The notes below the pieces were generated by a model. It was given only the letters and a program-made list of their open reading frames with translations, did no database searches and was not told the DNA's origin. The position numbers and the translations under genes are program-made. From Octopus sinensis (lineage: Eukaryota): 64,000 nucleotides of DNA. The stretch spans positions 31,248,001-31,312,000 of the forward strand of contig NC_043004.1 in NCBI RefSeq assembly GCF_006345805.1. Reading direction: 5' to 3'. This document shows, in pieces, positions 24,830-38,218 of the stretch. Each line of letters begins with the position of its first letter. Positions within the stretch are counted from its first letter, which is position 1.

Positions 24830-25121
24830 TTGATCACTTTGACTGACCAGTCCGTCAAGCGTCCATTTGACACCGCTGGTCACAGCACGTGTCCACTCCT
24901 CTCTGGATCACGCCTTTCTCATCCACGTGATCCTAATCACCCTCCTGAAATCGTAACTCTACCGTCGTGGAGGCCTTCCGAGAGGTCGTTTCCACTCACA
25001 CGGGTACCACCTGACAACTGCACGGGTCCACCGATTATCAGTGAGCCGGGCAACATGTCCAGCCCGTCTAAACTTGCTGCGTGTATATTCTACGATACAC
25101 ACAGCAAGTTTAGATGGGCTG
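24830..25121 (-). mobile_element. 5'-truncated LINE 3' end with fold-back at the truncation point
   Basis: SKFRRAGHVARLTDNRWTRAVVRWYPCEWKRPLGRPPRR; 27-bp inverted repeat 25060-25086/25095-25121. Confidence 0.85.
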
Positions 25122-25279
25122 TATGTATATATATATATATATGATGGGCTTCTTTCAGTTTCCATCTACCAAATCCACTCAGGCTATAGTAGAAGACGCT
25201 TGCCCAAGATGCCACACAGTGAGACTGAACCAAGAATCGTGTGTTTGGGAAGTAAGTTTCTTACCATATAGTCATGCCT

Positions 25280-25311
<32 letters not shown>

Positions 25312-25579
25312 ATACTCTCTCTCACACACACACACACACATATATATATGTGTGTCTGTGTGTGTGTGTACTATACATACACACATATATTTATATGCAG
25401 TTAAGTATAAGTCCAGCCACAGGGTGACCAATGGTTTCACATCCATGAAGTGCTTAGCTTTATGTACTGACTTGTCAGACTCTAATATGTGTGTGTGTGT
25501 GTGATATAGTGATATATATATATACATACACATATACATATATATGCACATATCTATATACTTTTTATATATACATATT

Positions 25580-25633
<54 letters not shown>

Positions 25634-25709
25634 GGCACACATATATACATAAGCATACATATATATGTGTGTGTACATTATATACACACACACACATATT
25701 ATATATATA

Positions 25710-25757
<48 letters not shown>

Positions 25758-25813
25758 TATATATAGTGAGAATTTACAAAAAAACAAAAGACGAAGACGG
25801 GTGTGTATGCATG

Positions 25814-25865
<52 letters not shown>

Positions 25866-26629
25866 TATTCTTGTGTATAACACTCATTCAGAATTTTTTA
25901 CATACCTACACAAACTGGCTGTCTATGTAAACATATTCTCCCTCCCACCCCCGTCTCTGTTTAATTCTCCCTCACCATTTCTCTTTCTCTACCTTTCATC
26001 CACGACATCTATATTTCATTCCTCCTCTATCTCACTCACTAATTGTTTTTTTTACTCTCACCATCTATTTAGCTCCATCCCTCTCTCTTGCCCTCAACAG
26101 GTGTCCTCTTTAAGCACATTATCACCACCACCACAACCACCACCTTCAGCTTCCCAAACCCATGTTTTTTCAGCTCCACCACCACCATCACCACCATCAC
26201 CACTACTACTTCAGACAACAACAACATCACTTTACTCTCCTTACTCCGTGTAACTTCATTCATTCTAATCATATTTTTCTATATTTACAAACAGTCTTAT
26301 CTCTTACAAACGACATTTAATATCATTCATGCTAAAACCACCATCATATAATAATCTGTTCTTTACAGATTTCCTTGCAACAGTTTGTTTTCCTCCAACT
26401 TTATCGTATCAACACTTATTGTTATCTTCTCTCGTGTCAAACTCTTATTATATCTCACTTCCCACAATAATATCGGTGACACAACGTTTTTCGTTTTTTA
26501 ATGAATCGAAATTTTTAATTGTATATTTATTTATTTGTTTGTTTGCTTGCTTTTTTTATCAGTTTGATGGGAATTTTTCAAACCATAGAAACTCTTTATA
26601 TCAATGTTGTTTGTATATTCAGACGTTGT

Positions 26630-26901
26630 TAATGGTTATTGTTGTAATAGTAGTAATAGTAGTTGCTGTTGTTGTTTTAGTAGTAGTAGTAGCAGTAGTA
26701 GTAGCAGCAGCAGCAGCAGAGTAGTAGTTGTTGTCGTCGTCGTCGTTGTAGTAGTAGATGTTGCTGTTGTAGTTGTAGTAATAATGGTGGTGGTAGTGGT
26801 AGTAGTAGTAGTAGTAGTAGTTCTCATCGTCGTAGTAGTAGTAGTAGTAATGGTGGTGGTGGTAGTAGTTGTTCTCGTCGTTGTGGTAGTAGTAAACGTT
26901 T

Positions 26902-26935
<34 letters not shown>

Positions 26936-27008
26936 GGTGGTGGTAGCGGCAGTTCTCGTCGTGATATTAGATATTGCTGTTGTAGTTGTCATCGTAGTAG
27001 AAGTGGTG

Positions 27009-27051
<43 letters not shown>

Positions 27052-27085
27052 CAGCAGCAGCAGCAGCGGCAGCAGCAGTAGATGA
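26630..27085. repeat. Compound trinucleotide array (GTA/GTG/GTC/GCA)n
   Basis: Direct inspection; yields poly-Val/poly-Thr pseudo-ORFs. Confidence 0.95.
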
Positions 27086-27680
27086 TGTTTAGCTTCAGGT
27101 CAGCCCTGATCAAACAGATATGATCAAAGGCATGATGCCAGCTGTGAATCATTCTATCTTTTAAAGGCTTGCAAGTTTTCATTATCCAATTTTGTCTTCT
27201 ATTCCGTAATAGAACCACATGATGAGGCAAAGGGAGCAACTTGGCCAAGTTGTTAGAGTATCAGATAGAAAATCTTGCCGTATCTGTTCCAAATCTTTCT
27301 GAGGTCAATGAATAAACTATGAGTCTGGTGGTTGATTGGTAGAATGGTTATAGAGTGATGCCTTATGGTATTGACATTCTAAAGTTTAAATTCCACCGAG
27401 TATATTTTTGACCATAAGTCTGCTTCATCAGGAATGACCTGGGGTTGAACAATAACTTTGAATATTCAACAATGAGAGTAAGAGTTAACATGGTTTGAAA
27501 AATTTCCATCCAGTTGATACTAAAGTTTATAAATCTATAGGCACAGGTGTGGCTGTGTGGGAAGAGGCTTGCTTCCCAACCACATAGTTCCAAGTTCAGT
27601 CCCACTCCATAGCACCTTGGGCAAGTGTCTTCTACTAAAGCCTTGTGAGTGGATTTGGTAGAGGGAAACAGAAAGAAGCT

Positions 27681-27711
<31 letters not shown>

Positions 27712-27809
27712 GTTAATCCAAACAAGAGGGCACAAAAAAACACAACAACGCGAGGACGTGGAACAAATATAGTATTATTGGACGCTCAGGAAAGAAGGAA
27801 AGAAGGAGG

Positions 27810-27844
27810 GTTTAACGTTTCGAGCGGAGCTCTTCGTCGGAAAC
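27810..27844 (-). ncRNA. Minimal type I hammerhead ribozyme within a ~200-bp Penelope-pLTR-like fragment (~27712-27910)
   Basis: GUUU-CCGACGA-A-GAGC-UCC-GCUC-GAAA-CG-UU/AAAC: stems I and II pair, stem III is palindromic ACGU, GUU triplet, U4C core variant. Confidence 0.75.
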
Positions 27845-27925
27845 ATAGGAGAAGGAAAGATCCAGAGAAGGGAAGACAGAGGAAAAAAAATCGCCAACGG
27901 TACACACGTATATATCTAAACGTGT

Positions 27926-28221
27926 TGTTTGTTCCTTCTTGAGCCATGCCTGGCTCATAAGAGCTGGTTTCCTTGATGTATAGGTTCCCAGCCTAGACAG
28001 AATGCCAGTCTGTCTCAGGTGAGCTGCAAGATGCAGGAGGAAAGAGTGAGAAAAAGTTGTGGCAAAAGAGTCAGCAGAAGTTCGCCTTTACCTTCTGCTG
28101 GAGCCGCATGAAGCTTTGGTGTTTCGCTCATAAACACACACATCACCCCGTCTGAAGTTCGAACCCGTGACCCCTCAACCGCGAGTCCGCTGCTCTAACC
28201 ACTAGGCCATGTGCCTCTGCA
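27926..28221 (-). mobile_element. SINE family D head with tail type 2, flanked by 14-bp TSD
   Basis: TSD atatctaaaYgtgt at 27912-27925 and 28222-28235; head ends ..ctctaaccactaggccatgtgcctc. Confidence 0.88.
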
Positions 28222-29184
28222 ATATCTAAATGTGTGTGCCTTTGTGTCTGTGTTTGTCCCTAACCACCACCAGACAACTGGTGTGGGTGTGCTTTTATGT
28301 ACCCGTAAATGAACAGTTCAGCAAAAGAGACCCATAGAATAAGTACTAGGCTTTAAAAAATAAGTCCTAGGGGCAATTTGCTCAAAAAAAAAACATTGAA
28401 GGCAGTGTCCCAGTATGATTACAGTCAAATGATTAGAACAGGTATACAAAAATATTAAATAAACATGACAAAAGTTTCAAGGTTATTTTATTACATTCTT
28501 CTTTATTTTTGAAAGTAATTGACACAAAATCAGGATAGTTTAACAGAAATATGGAAACAGAAGGGTTAAAATGATCTAAAGTAAATTCCATCAAAGTTTC
28601 ATGTTAATTTACGCTCCAAATACCAGCATTATAACAATGAAGTAATTCTGATAAAATTTTAATTTTCAAAATTTATTGAAGACAATGTATTTCAAGAGAA
28701 AAAAGGTAACAAAAGGGGCTAAAAAGAAAATAAACCTTGTAGCATAGATGTTGTGAGAAGTGAGATTTAATATGAGGTAGAATATGACAGGGCTATTAGC
28801 CAACCATGGGAGAATCCTGTTCAATCCACAATCGGCCTACAACAGCATTGATAAGCTGGCAACAATATGTTGAGTCTTTCATCCAGCAGCAGATCAATAG
28901 TGACTGAATAGCAAATGTGATTTGAGGGAGATTTGGCTGCTATTTTCTACAGACCAACTGACCACTTAGAAACTCACTCGTGAACTTCATATAGACCAGG
29001 ATGTTCGAGATATGTGCTACATAATCATCTGCAACATAAATTAAAAAAGCAACAGTTTAATAAGTTTATTTATTGTATTGTTAATTTACTGCAATTAAAT
29101 TCACTCTTATAAATTGTGGTGTGATGGAAGAAAAGGACAACAGAAAAAGAAGCAAATGCGAGAAAGAAATACAAAAGGCCTTAC

Positions 29185-29340
29185 CTGTTGACCTCGGTGG
29201 AATCAGCGGTCACTCTCACGAATTAAACACGTCTTGCCTCCCTGCCGTCTCAGCTCAAACTGCCCACATGTGCTTCCTGACCACACGTGCTTCCTGCCCA
29301 CGCATGCCCCTTTCGTTCTTCCGCCGACCCCTGCAGTCTT
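29185..29340 (-). promoter_or_regulatory. CpG-rich putative promoter/first exon with tandem ETS+E-box motifs and a splice donor
   Basis: About 10 CpGs in 155 bp of apparently non-repeat sequence; 17-bp direct repeat (C/A)CCACAYGTGCTTCCTG at 29263-29279 and 29280-29296; minus-strand CAG|GTAAGG at 29185/29184. Confidence 0.55.
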
Positions 29341-30339
29341 CATTTCACTTTTGCCTCATCTACCATCCTCTCCACCAACACCACATAGCTCATCACAGCC
29401 CATAACACTGCTAACACCACATAAATTAATTGCAAAATATTTTTTATAATATCATTTATAAATGTGAGAACAAGAAAATGTTTATCTTCATTTTTATTTT
29501 GCTCACAACTGTAATCAATCTCGGCTGCCAAAGTTCATTAGTTGCTTCTCAGATCTAAGAGGTAAATAAATGAGGTAGAACTGTGTGGATATTTAAAAAA
29601 ATGTAAGCATGACTGTGCAGAAGCTCACTTCATAACTATGAGGTCTCAGGTTCAATCCCACAATATAGCATTTTTTGGCAATTGTTTACTACTGTAGCCA
29701 TGGATTGACTAAATCCTTGAGAATGGAAACTGTATGGGAGCCTATCAAAAAGATCATCCCTGTTGTCAGTTAATAGACATATGTCATTGTTTAGTTTAAT
29801 CCCCCAACCCAACCCCACCCCACCCTACTCATTTACTAGACCCTTTAGCAGAATCCTGTTTGTGGAAGGCATCAGGCCAAACTTCTGGGGTCTGGAAATA
29901 ATTTGCTTTTTCAAGCCACCTGTAGGATTTCCTAAAAAGCAACATAGGCACTGCTCTTCTCTAACTCAGTAACTGAAAAAAATGAAGTAAAACAAAATAA
30001 GAAGAGCAAATAGTGTCTAGACAGTATTACATGGCCTTCCTCTGTATTCAATTTGATTGAAAGTGTCTTCCATTTACTAAATAACACTATTTTAGACAAA
30101 ATATTTTTTTTTCTTTCCATATAATATCTGCTTTATTAATAAACATTGTATATTATCATTTAAAGAGAGAAAATAATTTTTCCAAAATGTTATCTTAATT
30201 TAGCTCATTATCATGATTTGCTCACTTTGTTCCAATGTTCATGCTAGACTACTTACTGATGGCTACAGGTATTACCAATATTGATTTCTTATATCAGTGC
30301 AAGGATGGTAATGGCCGTTTGAATGGGCAGAAGTGAAAT

Positions 30340-30790
30340 CAAGTATAGAGAGCAATGGAGGAAACGCTGCTGATGTCCATTCATCTAATGCATCTGAATG
30401 ATGAGAATTCAGTAAAGAAAGCACATGTGTTCCATGTAAAAGGAAACTGTGGGAAAGGAAAACCAAGAAAGTGGTGATGGTGGTTGTTAAACTTCCCAAA
30501 AGAGATGACAAACGACTGCAATAGGAGTCAAGGAGCAATGCTTTAGAAGACCTTTTCAGACATACCCGTCACTAAGGGGGTGCACTGGATGGCACTGACC
30601 CCTCACTATTCAGTGGTGCACTCTCAGATTTACTTCACTTTAAGGACTCCACTTTTGCATTATTACAAACTAGTGCCCATCCAGAATATTCTGAAGCATC
30701 CTCAGGCACCAAAGTCTGGCAACAGACCTGTGTCCAACCCATGCAAGTATGGGCAAATAGAGGTAAAATGTTGATTGGAATGATGAGGAG
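30340..30790 (+). mobile_element. Degraded RTE 3' end
   Basis: NDENSVKKAHVFHVKGNCGKGKPRK; 3'UTR remnant tccaacccatgc. Confidence 0.65.
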
Positions 30791-31192
30791 GCACGGGGGA
30801 AGGAGAGTGACAGTGGTGGCAGCAATGGTGGGAATGGAGACTGAGTGATTATGGTGAAGATGATGAAGGTGAGGATAATGATTCGATCCAATATATGACT
30901 GGTACTTATTTTATCAATCCCAGGAAGATAAGATCAAAGTTGACATATTTTTAGTTAGAAGGGAGATAACTGTATACAGTGAGTCATTTTATCCAAATTT
31001 CTGCTATTTTTATCTCAAACAGAATAATTTATTGATGAAAGAACCTGCAACACTTAACCAATAATGGAATCGCTACACGGTTACTTGATATGTGTGATGT
31101 AATTGCCAAACCTCTCTCAAATCACAGTAGGAATGTGATTTGAGAAAGGTTAAAAGGATGCATTTAATAAATTAACCCTACATTTGAAGGCA

Positions 31193-31372
31193 GCAAGCTG
31201 GCACAATCGTTAGAATGCTGGGCAAAATGCTTAGCGGCATTTTGTCTGTCTATACATTCTGAGTTCAAATTCTGCCAGGGTTGACTTTGCCTTTCATCCT
31301 TTCAGGGTCAATAAAATAAGTACCAGTTATGCAGTGGTGGTGATGAAATTGCTGGCCTTGTACCAAAATTTA
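31193..31372 (+). mobile_element. SINE family A
   Basis: gcaagctggcacaatcgttag..ctgagttcaaattctgcc..ttgactttgcctttcatcc. Confidence 0.85.
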
Positions 31373-31470
31373 TAAACATTAAATTAGCGCTACAGAGGAT
31401 AGTCACAGTTGGAATCAGTTACTGCTTTATCAGGCTTGAGAAAGAGTCAAATAACAACAAGCAACAACAG

Positions 31471-31845
31471 TGGAGGTGCAATGACCCAATGGTTAGGGCA
31501 GCGGACTCACGGTTGGAGGATCGCGGTTTCAATTCCCAGACCGGGCGCTGTGTGTGTTTATTGAGCAAAAACACCTAAAGCTCCATGAGGCTCAGGCAGA
31601 GGCTGGTAGCGACCCTGTTGTACTCTTTCGCTCCAACTTTCTTTCACTCTTTCTTCTTGTTTCTTGTCCCTGACTTCCTACGCAACCGCTGAACCTGGAT
31701 GCGCACTCATCCATCCGTCGATGCTCTCGGTGTCAGAGGTTGACCTACTTTCTCTTCTGCGGGTCTTACAAATAGCAAAGGACCACGTTTCAGACTTCTC
31801 CCACTACAGACGGGATGAAGACCACTTTGCTCAACAGCAACAATA
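31471..31845 (+). mobile_element. SINE family D head with tail type 3
   Basis: Same head and central domain as 49436 but an unrelated 3' half. Confidence 0.85.
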
Positions 31846-31999
31846 ATCATTGATTTGTACAGAGGCTTCTCTGCCAATTATTGTAACAGTTAAGGAGAGA
31901 AATAAATCTACTTTAGACAAATATTTGCTGCTTTACAGATTACTCAGCACTACACAATGTAATACAATGATGTAATATGCCACTTGCAACTGTATATGC

Positions 32000-32345
32000 A
32001 TGGTTAAGAAGCCAGCTTTGTCATCACATGGCTTCAGGTCCAGTTTCACTGTGTGACACCTTGAACAAGTGTCTTCTACTATAGCCTCAAACCAACCAAT
32101 GCCTTGTGTGTGAATTCGGTAGACAGAAACTGTGTGGAAGCTATGGACATGTGTTTGTGTTGGTTCTCCAACAACCTGAAAACAGGCGTTGGTTTGTTTA
32201 TGTCCTCATAACTTTGCAGTTCAGCAAAAGAAACTCGTAGAATAAATAACAGACTTAAAAGAAAAAAATGTATTGAGGTCAATTGGTTCGACTTAACCCT
32301 TCAAAGCAGTGCTCCAGCATGGCTGCAGTTCATGGACTGAAACAA
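32000..32345 (+). mobile_element. SINE family B, degenerate
   Basis: caagtgtcttctactatagcc..ggtagacagaaactg..gctccagcatggctgcag. Confidence 0.75.
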
Positions 32346-32634
32346 ATAAAAGCTAAAACAGAAAAAATGGGATCGATCAAATTAGAATATAAAATGTAGG
32401 AAGAATACTGATGTTCTTCCTAATTGAGCAGAAATTTTGATTGAATGAGATAATTCTTTGACAGTGTCATAGCTGATAATTCTGGCTTATCTCCCACCAG
32501 TTGAGTTTCAACCTACCATCTACAACATTTTATCAATGAAAGAACAAATATTTAAAAACTGATACACATCAATTCTTGGATATTTTCCAAGAGCTAACAC
32601 CATGTTTGTAGGCTTCATTCACAAAAGTCATCCC

Positions 32635-32689
<55 letters not shown>

Positions 32690-32854
32690 TAATAATAATA
32701 GCTGCAGGAATCACTATTTATTTAAATCCCTAAAATTCCATTTGAGTTTTCGTTTTGCCCTAAATTTTGTTGGATGGTATTGTTGGTTAGTTTTTTGTCA
32801 GCCCTGATCAAGCAGACTTACAAACCTTATTCAAAAGAACTGTGTGTAAATTAA

Positions 32855-33314
32855 CTCTTTTGCTACCAAATTTCTCTTGAAATACACAACCACTGTTTTA
32901 ATTCATTTTGAAAATTAACATAGTAGTTAGCAAAATAAATTTGTCAATATTATTGCAAAGGGGGCGAGCTGGCAGAATCATTTGCATACCAGGTAAGATG
33001 ATTAGCGGCATTTCATCCATTTTTACATTCTGAGTTAAAATTCCACCAAGGTCAACTTTGTCTTTCGTCCTTTCAAGGGTCGATAAAATAAGTGACAGTT
33101 GAGCACTGGGGTCGATGTAATCACTTATCTCCCTTCCCTGAAATTGCTGTCCTTGAGCCAAAATTTGAAACCAATATTAAACTGGTCCTTGGAACAAATA
33201 ATTAGCATAGAATTTTGATGGAAGGTTTTAATTTAAATCACTTTAAAACAACAATTTTCTTTTCTTTTTTGTCATAGAACCAAGGTAGTTTTGGGTGGTT
33301 TGGTATTAAAAAGC
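32855..33314. mobile_element. TTAA-flanked MITE with SINE A inserted (~32957-33172, TSD aatatta)
   Basis: TTAA at 32851-32854 and 33315-33318; related copies at 36192-36360, ~41465-41700, 56065-56280 and ~28565-28722. Confidence 0.7.
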
Positions 33315-33989
33315 TTAAGGGAGATTTGGTTACTATTTCTTGTAGGTTGAGCTACTACATGAGGCTCCCTTGTAGGTTTATCCTAATTTTGGTAGCTATG
33401 TCTGGTGTGGCAGTGTGCCTAACAATTTACAACAGTAAATTCATTGTCAATTTGCCTGGAAATGTGCAGCTATTGATTGCACTTGCTACATAATATTGGC
33501 TTGTTGTCTGTTCCTCTACACCAAACATGGTTCTGTCTTTTCAGTTTAGTTTTTTGCTGTTTGTTTGCTTTTATCTTTTGTTTTCATTGATTGTGGCACA
33601 GTATTTTTTCAGCCTGGAATCAACACCTTAATCTTTGTCATTTACATTCATATAGTCTTTAAATTAAGTCACGTCAACCTTCACAACCAACCACCATCAC
33701 CTCAACCACCACAACCACAACCACAACTACCACAGCCACCACTTCCACCACCGCCACCACTTCCACCGCCACCACTGCCACCACCACTGTCACCCATACT
33801 ACTCCTGACACTTCTAGGTTTATAATTCTTTTTTGTAGCTTCTTTCAACATATATTTTTAACTGTTCAGTTAAATGTAGTGTGTGTGTGGGGGGGGACTA
33901 CTATGGCAATGATGGTCACAATAACTCCACTTACAACCTTTCCAAGAAACAAAGTATTTTGTTTTCCATGCTTACATAGGTTGGATACA

Positions 33990-35132
33990 TCTTCTACCAT
34001 ACAGAATCTGTCCCTATTAGTTGTTATTCCTTTATCATCTCCTTCATGAGATCGAGTTTGTTGAGGTCAGCCTTCACTGCTTTGTTCCATGTCTTCCTTC
34101 TTTTTACTTCCCTACTTAAATCCCTTGGTACTTCTGCTCTCATCCCCCAAGTGAATCACATGTCAATTCCACCACAGTCTTCTTTCTTGTACACTGCATC
34201 TCATTCCTCCTACACCCAGTGTTTCCCTCAGCTCATTTATGCTCCATCTTTCATTTACACTAACATTACACATCCAACAGAGCATGCTCACTTTGCTCAT
34301 TTCCAGCTTTTGCCTAAACACTCTCGTTGCTTATGTTATGTTACCATGCAACACTACAGTCTGCATATACTTGTAGTGACACAATTTTTGGAAGTTTTCA
34401 GCACGCATCATCGTTTAACGTCCGCTTTCCATGCTAGCATGGGTTGGACGATTTGACTGAGGGCTGGCGAACCAGATGGCTGCACCAGGCTTCAATCTTG
34501 ATCTGGCAGAGATTCTACAGCTGGATGCCCTTCCTAACGCCAACCACTCCGAGAGTGTAGTAGGTGCTTTTACGTGCCACTGGCATGGGACTAGTCAAGT
34601 GGTACTGGCAACAACCTCGCTTGAATCTTTTACACATGCCACCGGCACAGGTGCCAGTAAGGCAATGCTGGTAATGATCATGCTCGAATGATGTCTTTTA
34701 CATGCCACCGGCATGGAGGCCAGATAGCCGCTCTGGCAATGATCACACTTGAATGGTGCTCTTAATACCCTACTAGCACGGGGCTCAAGTGCCAGTAAGG
34801 CGACGCTGGTAACGATCATGCTCGAATGGTGCCTTTTAAGTGCCACTGGCACTGAAGCCGGTTAGCCACTCTGTCAATGATCACACTCGTATGGTGCTCT
34901 TTGCACCCTGCTAGCATGGACGCCAGTCATCGAATTTGATTTTGGTTTTGATAGTGATTTTGATTTTTGATTTTTGATTTCACTTGCCTCAACAGGTCTT
35001 CGCAAGCAGAATTTTAGTGTCCAAAGAAGGAAAAGGTATGCATAAGAGGGCTGGTAACGCCCCTGGCATAGGCCACGAGATTATGGTCCCATTTGGCTTG
35101 CTGGGTCTTCTCACGCACGGCATATTTCCAAA
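33990..35132 (-). mobile_element. Two RTE 3' fragments: ORF2 end (33990-34345) and a repeat-expanded 3'UTR with (GAT)n tail (34405-35132)
   Basis: catcatcgtttaacgtccgctttccatgctagcatggg tail; multiple gtgcc..ggcac units; ends gggtcttctcacgcacggcatatttcc. Confidence 0.85.
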
Positions 35133-37149
35133 TATATATATATAAATCTTATAATTTTTTAATTAACCTAATGCTTGTCCTGTGTGTCACATGTAACACA
35201 CAGGACATATTTTCATGGCATCCATGCATCATATATGATACACATTACACATTTTTTCAGCCACCAGAGTAACTTGGGACTTAGGAAAGGAAAGCTTTAT
35301 ATTACTAAGGACATATGAAAACAAAGGTTAACCAAAAGTCTGAAAATAAGCATAGATGTTTAGGACAAACTCATGAAAATGCTTAGGACAGGCACTTGTA
35401 CTGCTATAAGAAAGGCAATTATCAGACAACTAACTAGAATTTTACTTCTGGTGGGGTTTCATTAATCTTAGTGGGAGAGGCTCATATTTTTATAACAGTA
35501 ATGTTTTGATATATTTGTTTGCTATATAGCAAAGCTTTTATAATAGCAGTGTTTTAATATACATGTTTATTTTACAGTACATTATGAAAATAAATTTATT
35601 TCTAAAATCAAAATATCTGAATACAAGTTTATAAATTGATTCATACCCATATCCATGTCCATTGTTTGTTTTTTTTTTTGCTTTCAAAGAGGCCAAGAGA
35701 AAATGACTGTACATTATTGAAGCAAGGATCAGCACTGAGATCTGTCAATTCTAGCAAGTATTGAAAATAACAACTCAGACATTACAAGGGAACATGAAAT
35801 GTAGAATAGAAATGTAGCCAAGATAGCTAAAAGCTTGCAGTAGTCTTGAAATGCTTCTCTTCGCTGAAAAACAGCCTCAAGAATATCAGTCATTGTTGTT
35901 GATATTTCTCAATAACAAAAAAAAAAAAAGAAAAGAAAAAGAAAAAATAAAGAAAACTTGTTTATTGCTGCTATTCCTTCTGGTGATAGCTGCTTCATTC
36001 CAAGATTACTCAATGACAGAAGAGATTTCAAATTAAAGACATTTTCTGAAGTAACAAATTAAGTAGCATGATAAAGGCCATTACAATCTACAAATCACAT
36101 TAAAATTTTCTTCATTGTCTCAATCATCTAATACAAAAAATGATTATTGAAGAATTGTTTCATCATTAGTAGCATGCCTTGTTTCTGTTAACCCTTTTGT
36201 TACCATATTTCTATTGAAAATGAAAATGAAGAATTTTGTAAAGAAATTTTGTCATTAAGCTGTTTGCTACATAAATCAACATGAAATACTTATAAAAGGT
36301 TTTGACTTAAATCATTTTAAAATATGAATTTTGTATCATAGAACAAGAAGCAATCTCAGTTAAAATGGTACTAGTATAATACATATTGAGCAATGTACAT
36401 TTAGTTGGGTCTTGTAAAACCAGCATCAGGAATAACTTGTTGATTATATAATATTTCAAGATGGTAAGCTGGCAGGATCATTAGCACAATGGATGCAATG
36501 TTTACAGCATTTCATCTGTCTTTACGTTCTGAGTTCAAATTCCACCAGGGTCAACTTTACCTTTCATTCTTTCTGGATCAATAAAATAAGTACGAGTCAA
36601 GCACTGGAGTTGATGCTGTCAACTAGTCCTCTCCCTTGAAATTTCAGGCCTTGTGCCCATAGTAAAAAGGGTTATATAACATATCTTCAACTTTTGCTTC
36701 CATTTCTTCGGTGATTTCCATTTTCTTAATATATTTCTGTATGAACAGTTGAAATTAGTATTATGGCCCCAATAAGTCCAAGTTCCATTGACAGTTGTAG
36801 TTTATCAGCAGGTGGAATTAGGCCAAGAATTCTTTCTGTGATCTTGATGCTAGACAAGGTTAGTAGTTAACCATTACCTTTTGTATCTGTGTCACCACCC
36901 ATATCCATTGTCCTATTGTTTCTCACACTTATTAAGGTAACAATAACTCCTTTATATTCAGATAAGGTGATCTTAGTTGTTTCAAGGTGTCCTGATCTAT
37001 TATTGATCTAAAAGTCATTTTAAACTCTTTTCTTTGTATGTAGCAGCAACTTTCATAAAACATCATATATTGATTTGTATTGATCTCTTTGATTCTTAAC
37101 TGAATCAACAATCAACAAATGTAATCAGAGATTAAAACAATGTAAATAT

Positions 37150-37183
<34 letters not shown>

Positions 37184-37185
37184 TA

Positions 37186-37580
37186 TTACTCTTTACTCTC
37201 TCTTTCACTTGTTTCAGTCATTTGACTGTGGCCATGCTGGAGCACCGCCTTTAGTCGAGCAAATCGACCCTGGGACTTATTCTTTGTAAGCCCAGTACTT
37301 ATTCTATCGGTCTCTTTTGCCGAACCGCTAAGTGACGGGAACGTAAGCACACCAGCATTGGTTGTCAAGAAATGCTAGGGGGACAAAAACACACACACAT
37401 ACACATATATATATATACATATATACGACAGGCTTCTTTCAGTTTCCGTTTACCAATCCACTCACAAGGCATTGGTCAGCCCGAGGCTATAGCAGAAGAC
37501 ACTTGCCCAAGATGCCACACAGTGGGACTGAACCCGGAACCATGTGGTTGGTTAGCAAGCTACTTACCACACAGCCACTC
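37186..37580 (-). mobile_element. SINE family B, near-consensus full length
   Basis: Head, internal (TA/CA)n and tail are contiguous. Confidence 0.9.
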
Positions 37581-37611
37581 TATATATATATATATATATT
37601 ATTTATTTATT

Positions 37612-37661
<50 letters not shown>

Positions 37662-37914
37662 CATACATATATATACATATATACATACATATATATATAT
37701 ACATATACAGAGCTATCGCCACTGATATCTATAACAGTAGTGACAATGCCTCCATCAACGACTATGAGCAGAACAACAACACCACCATTACCAACACCAG
37801 TAGTAATGGCACCAACACCATCGCCATCTGCAATGATGCCAACACCAACAGCACCAGTACCAGCAACAGTGGTAGCAGGAACACCAACAGACACAGTACC
37901 ACCATCACCCAACC

Positions 37915-38218
37915 ATGGAGATACATTGGATACTCTGGTAACACATTCAAACAATGCTTCTCCAACCACAGATCCTCCTTCAGGATATTGGAAAGGAGTC
38001 ACTAGCCAGCCATGTATGCCTGCTGAAAGACAATGGGATTCCTAGAAAATACAGGCCCCTACATAAACAGGACCAAGCATTGTAAACTATGCATAGCAGA
38101 AGAGGAGAGGATTCTAAAGGACTCCCTCAACCCAGCGAACATCCTTAACTACAGAACGGAAGTCTTTGGACTTTGCTTGCCTTTCAGGAAATTGCTACTG
38201 GCCTATTGGAACCCATAA
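37915..38218 (+). mobile_element. Penelope-like element GIY-YIG endonuclease remnant
   Basis: [22 protein letters not shown]; (frameshift) [14 protein letters not shown]; YINRTKHCKLCIAEEERIL..NILNYRTEVFGLC. Confidence 0.8.

Larger units (their letters stand above)
27541..28440 (+). mobile_element. SINE family B with two nested insertions in its (TA)n
   Basis: Head 27541-27690, tail ~28236-28440. Confidence 0.8.

Noticed and set aside
26604-27092. Poly-Val / poly-Thr ORFs
   Set aside because: Trinucleotide array with no splice or domain context
29478-29558. Signal-peptide-like mini-ORF MFIFIFILLTTVINLGCQSSLVASQI*
   Set aside because: Stops three bases before the nearby donor; T-rich sequence readily gives hydrophobic peptides
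37362-38045. 227-aa ORF with a mucin-like Thr/Pro tract
   Set aside because: Chance read-through of a SINE, a (TA)n tract and a degenerate ACC/AAC repeat; the meaningful frame downstream is the Penelope GIY-YIG remnant
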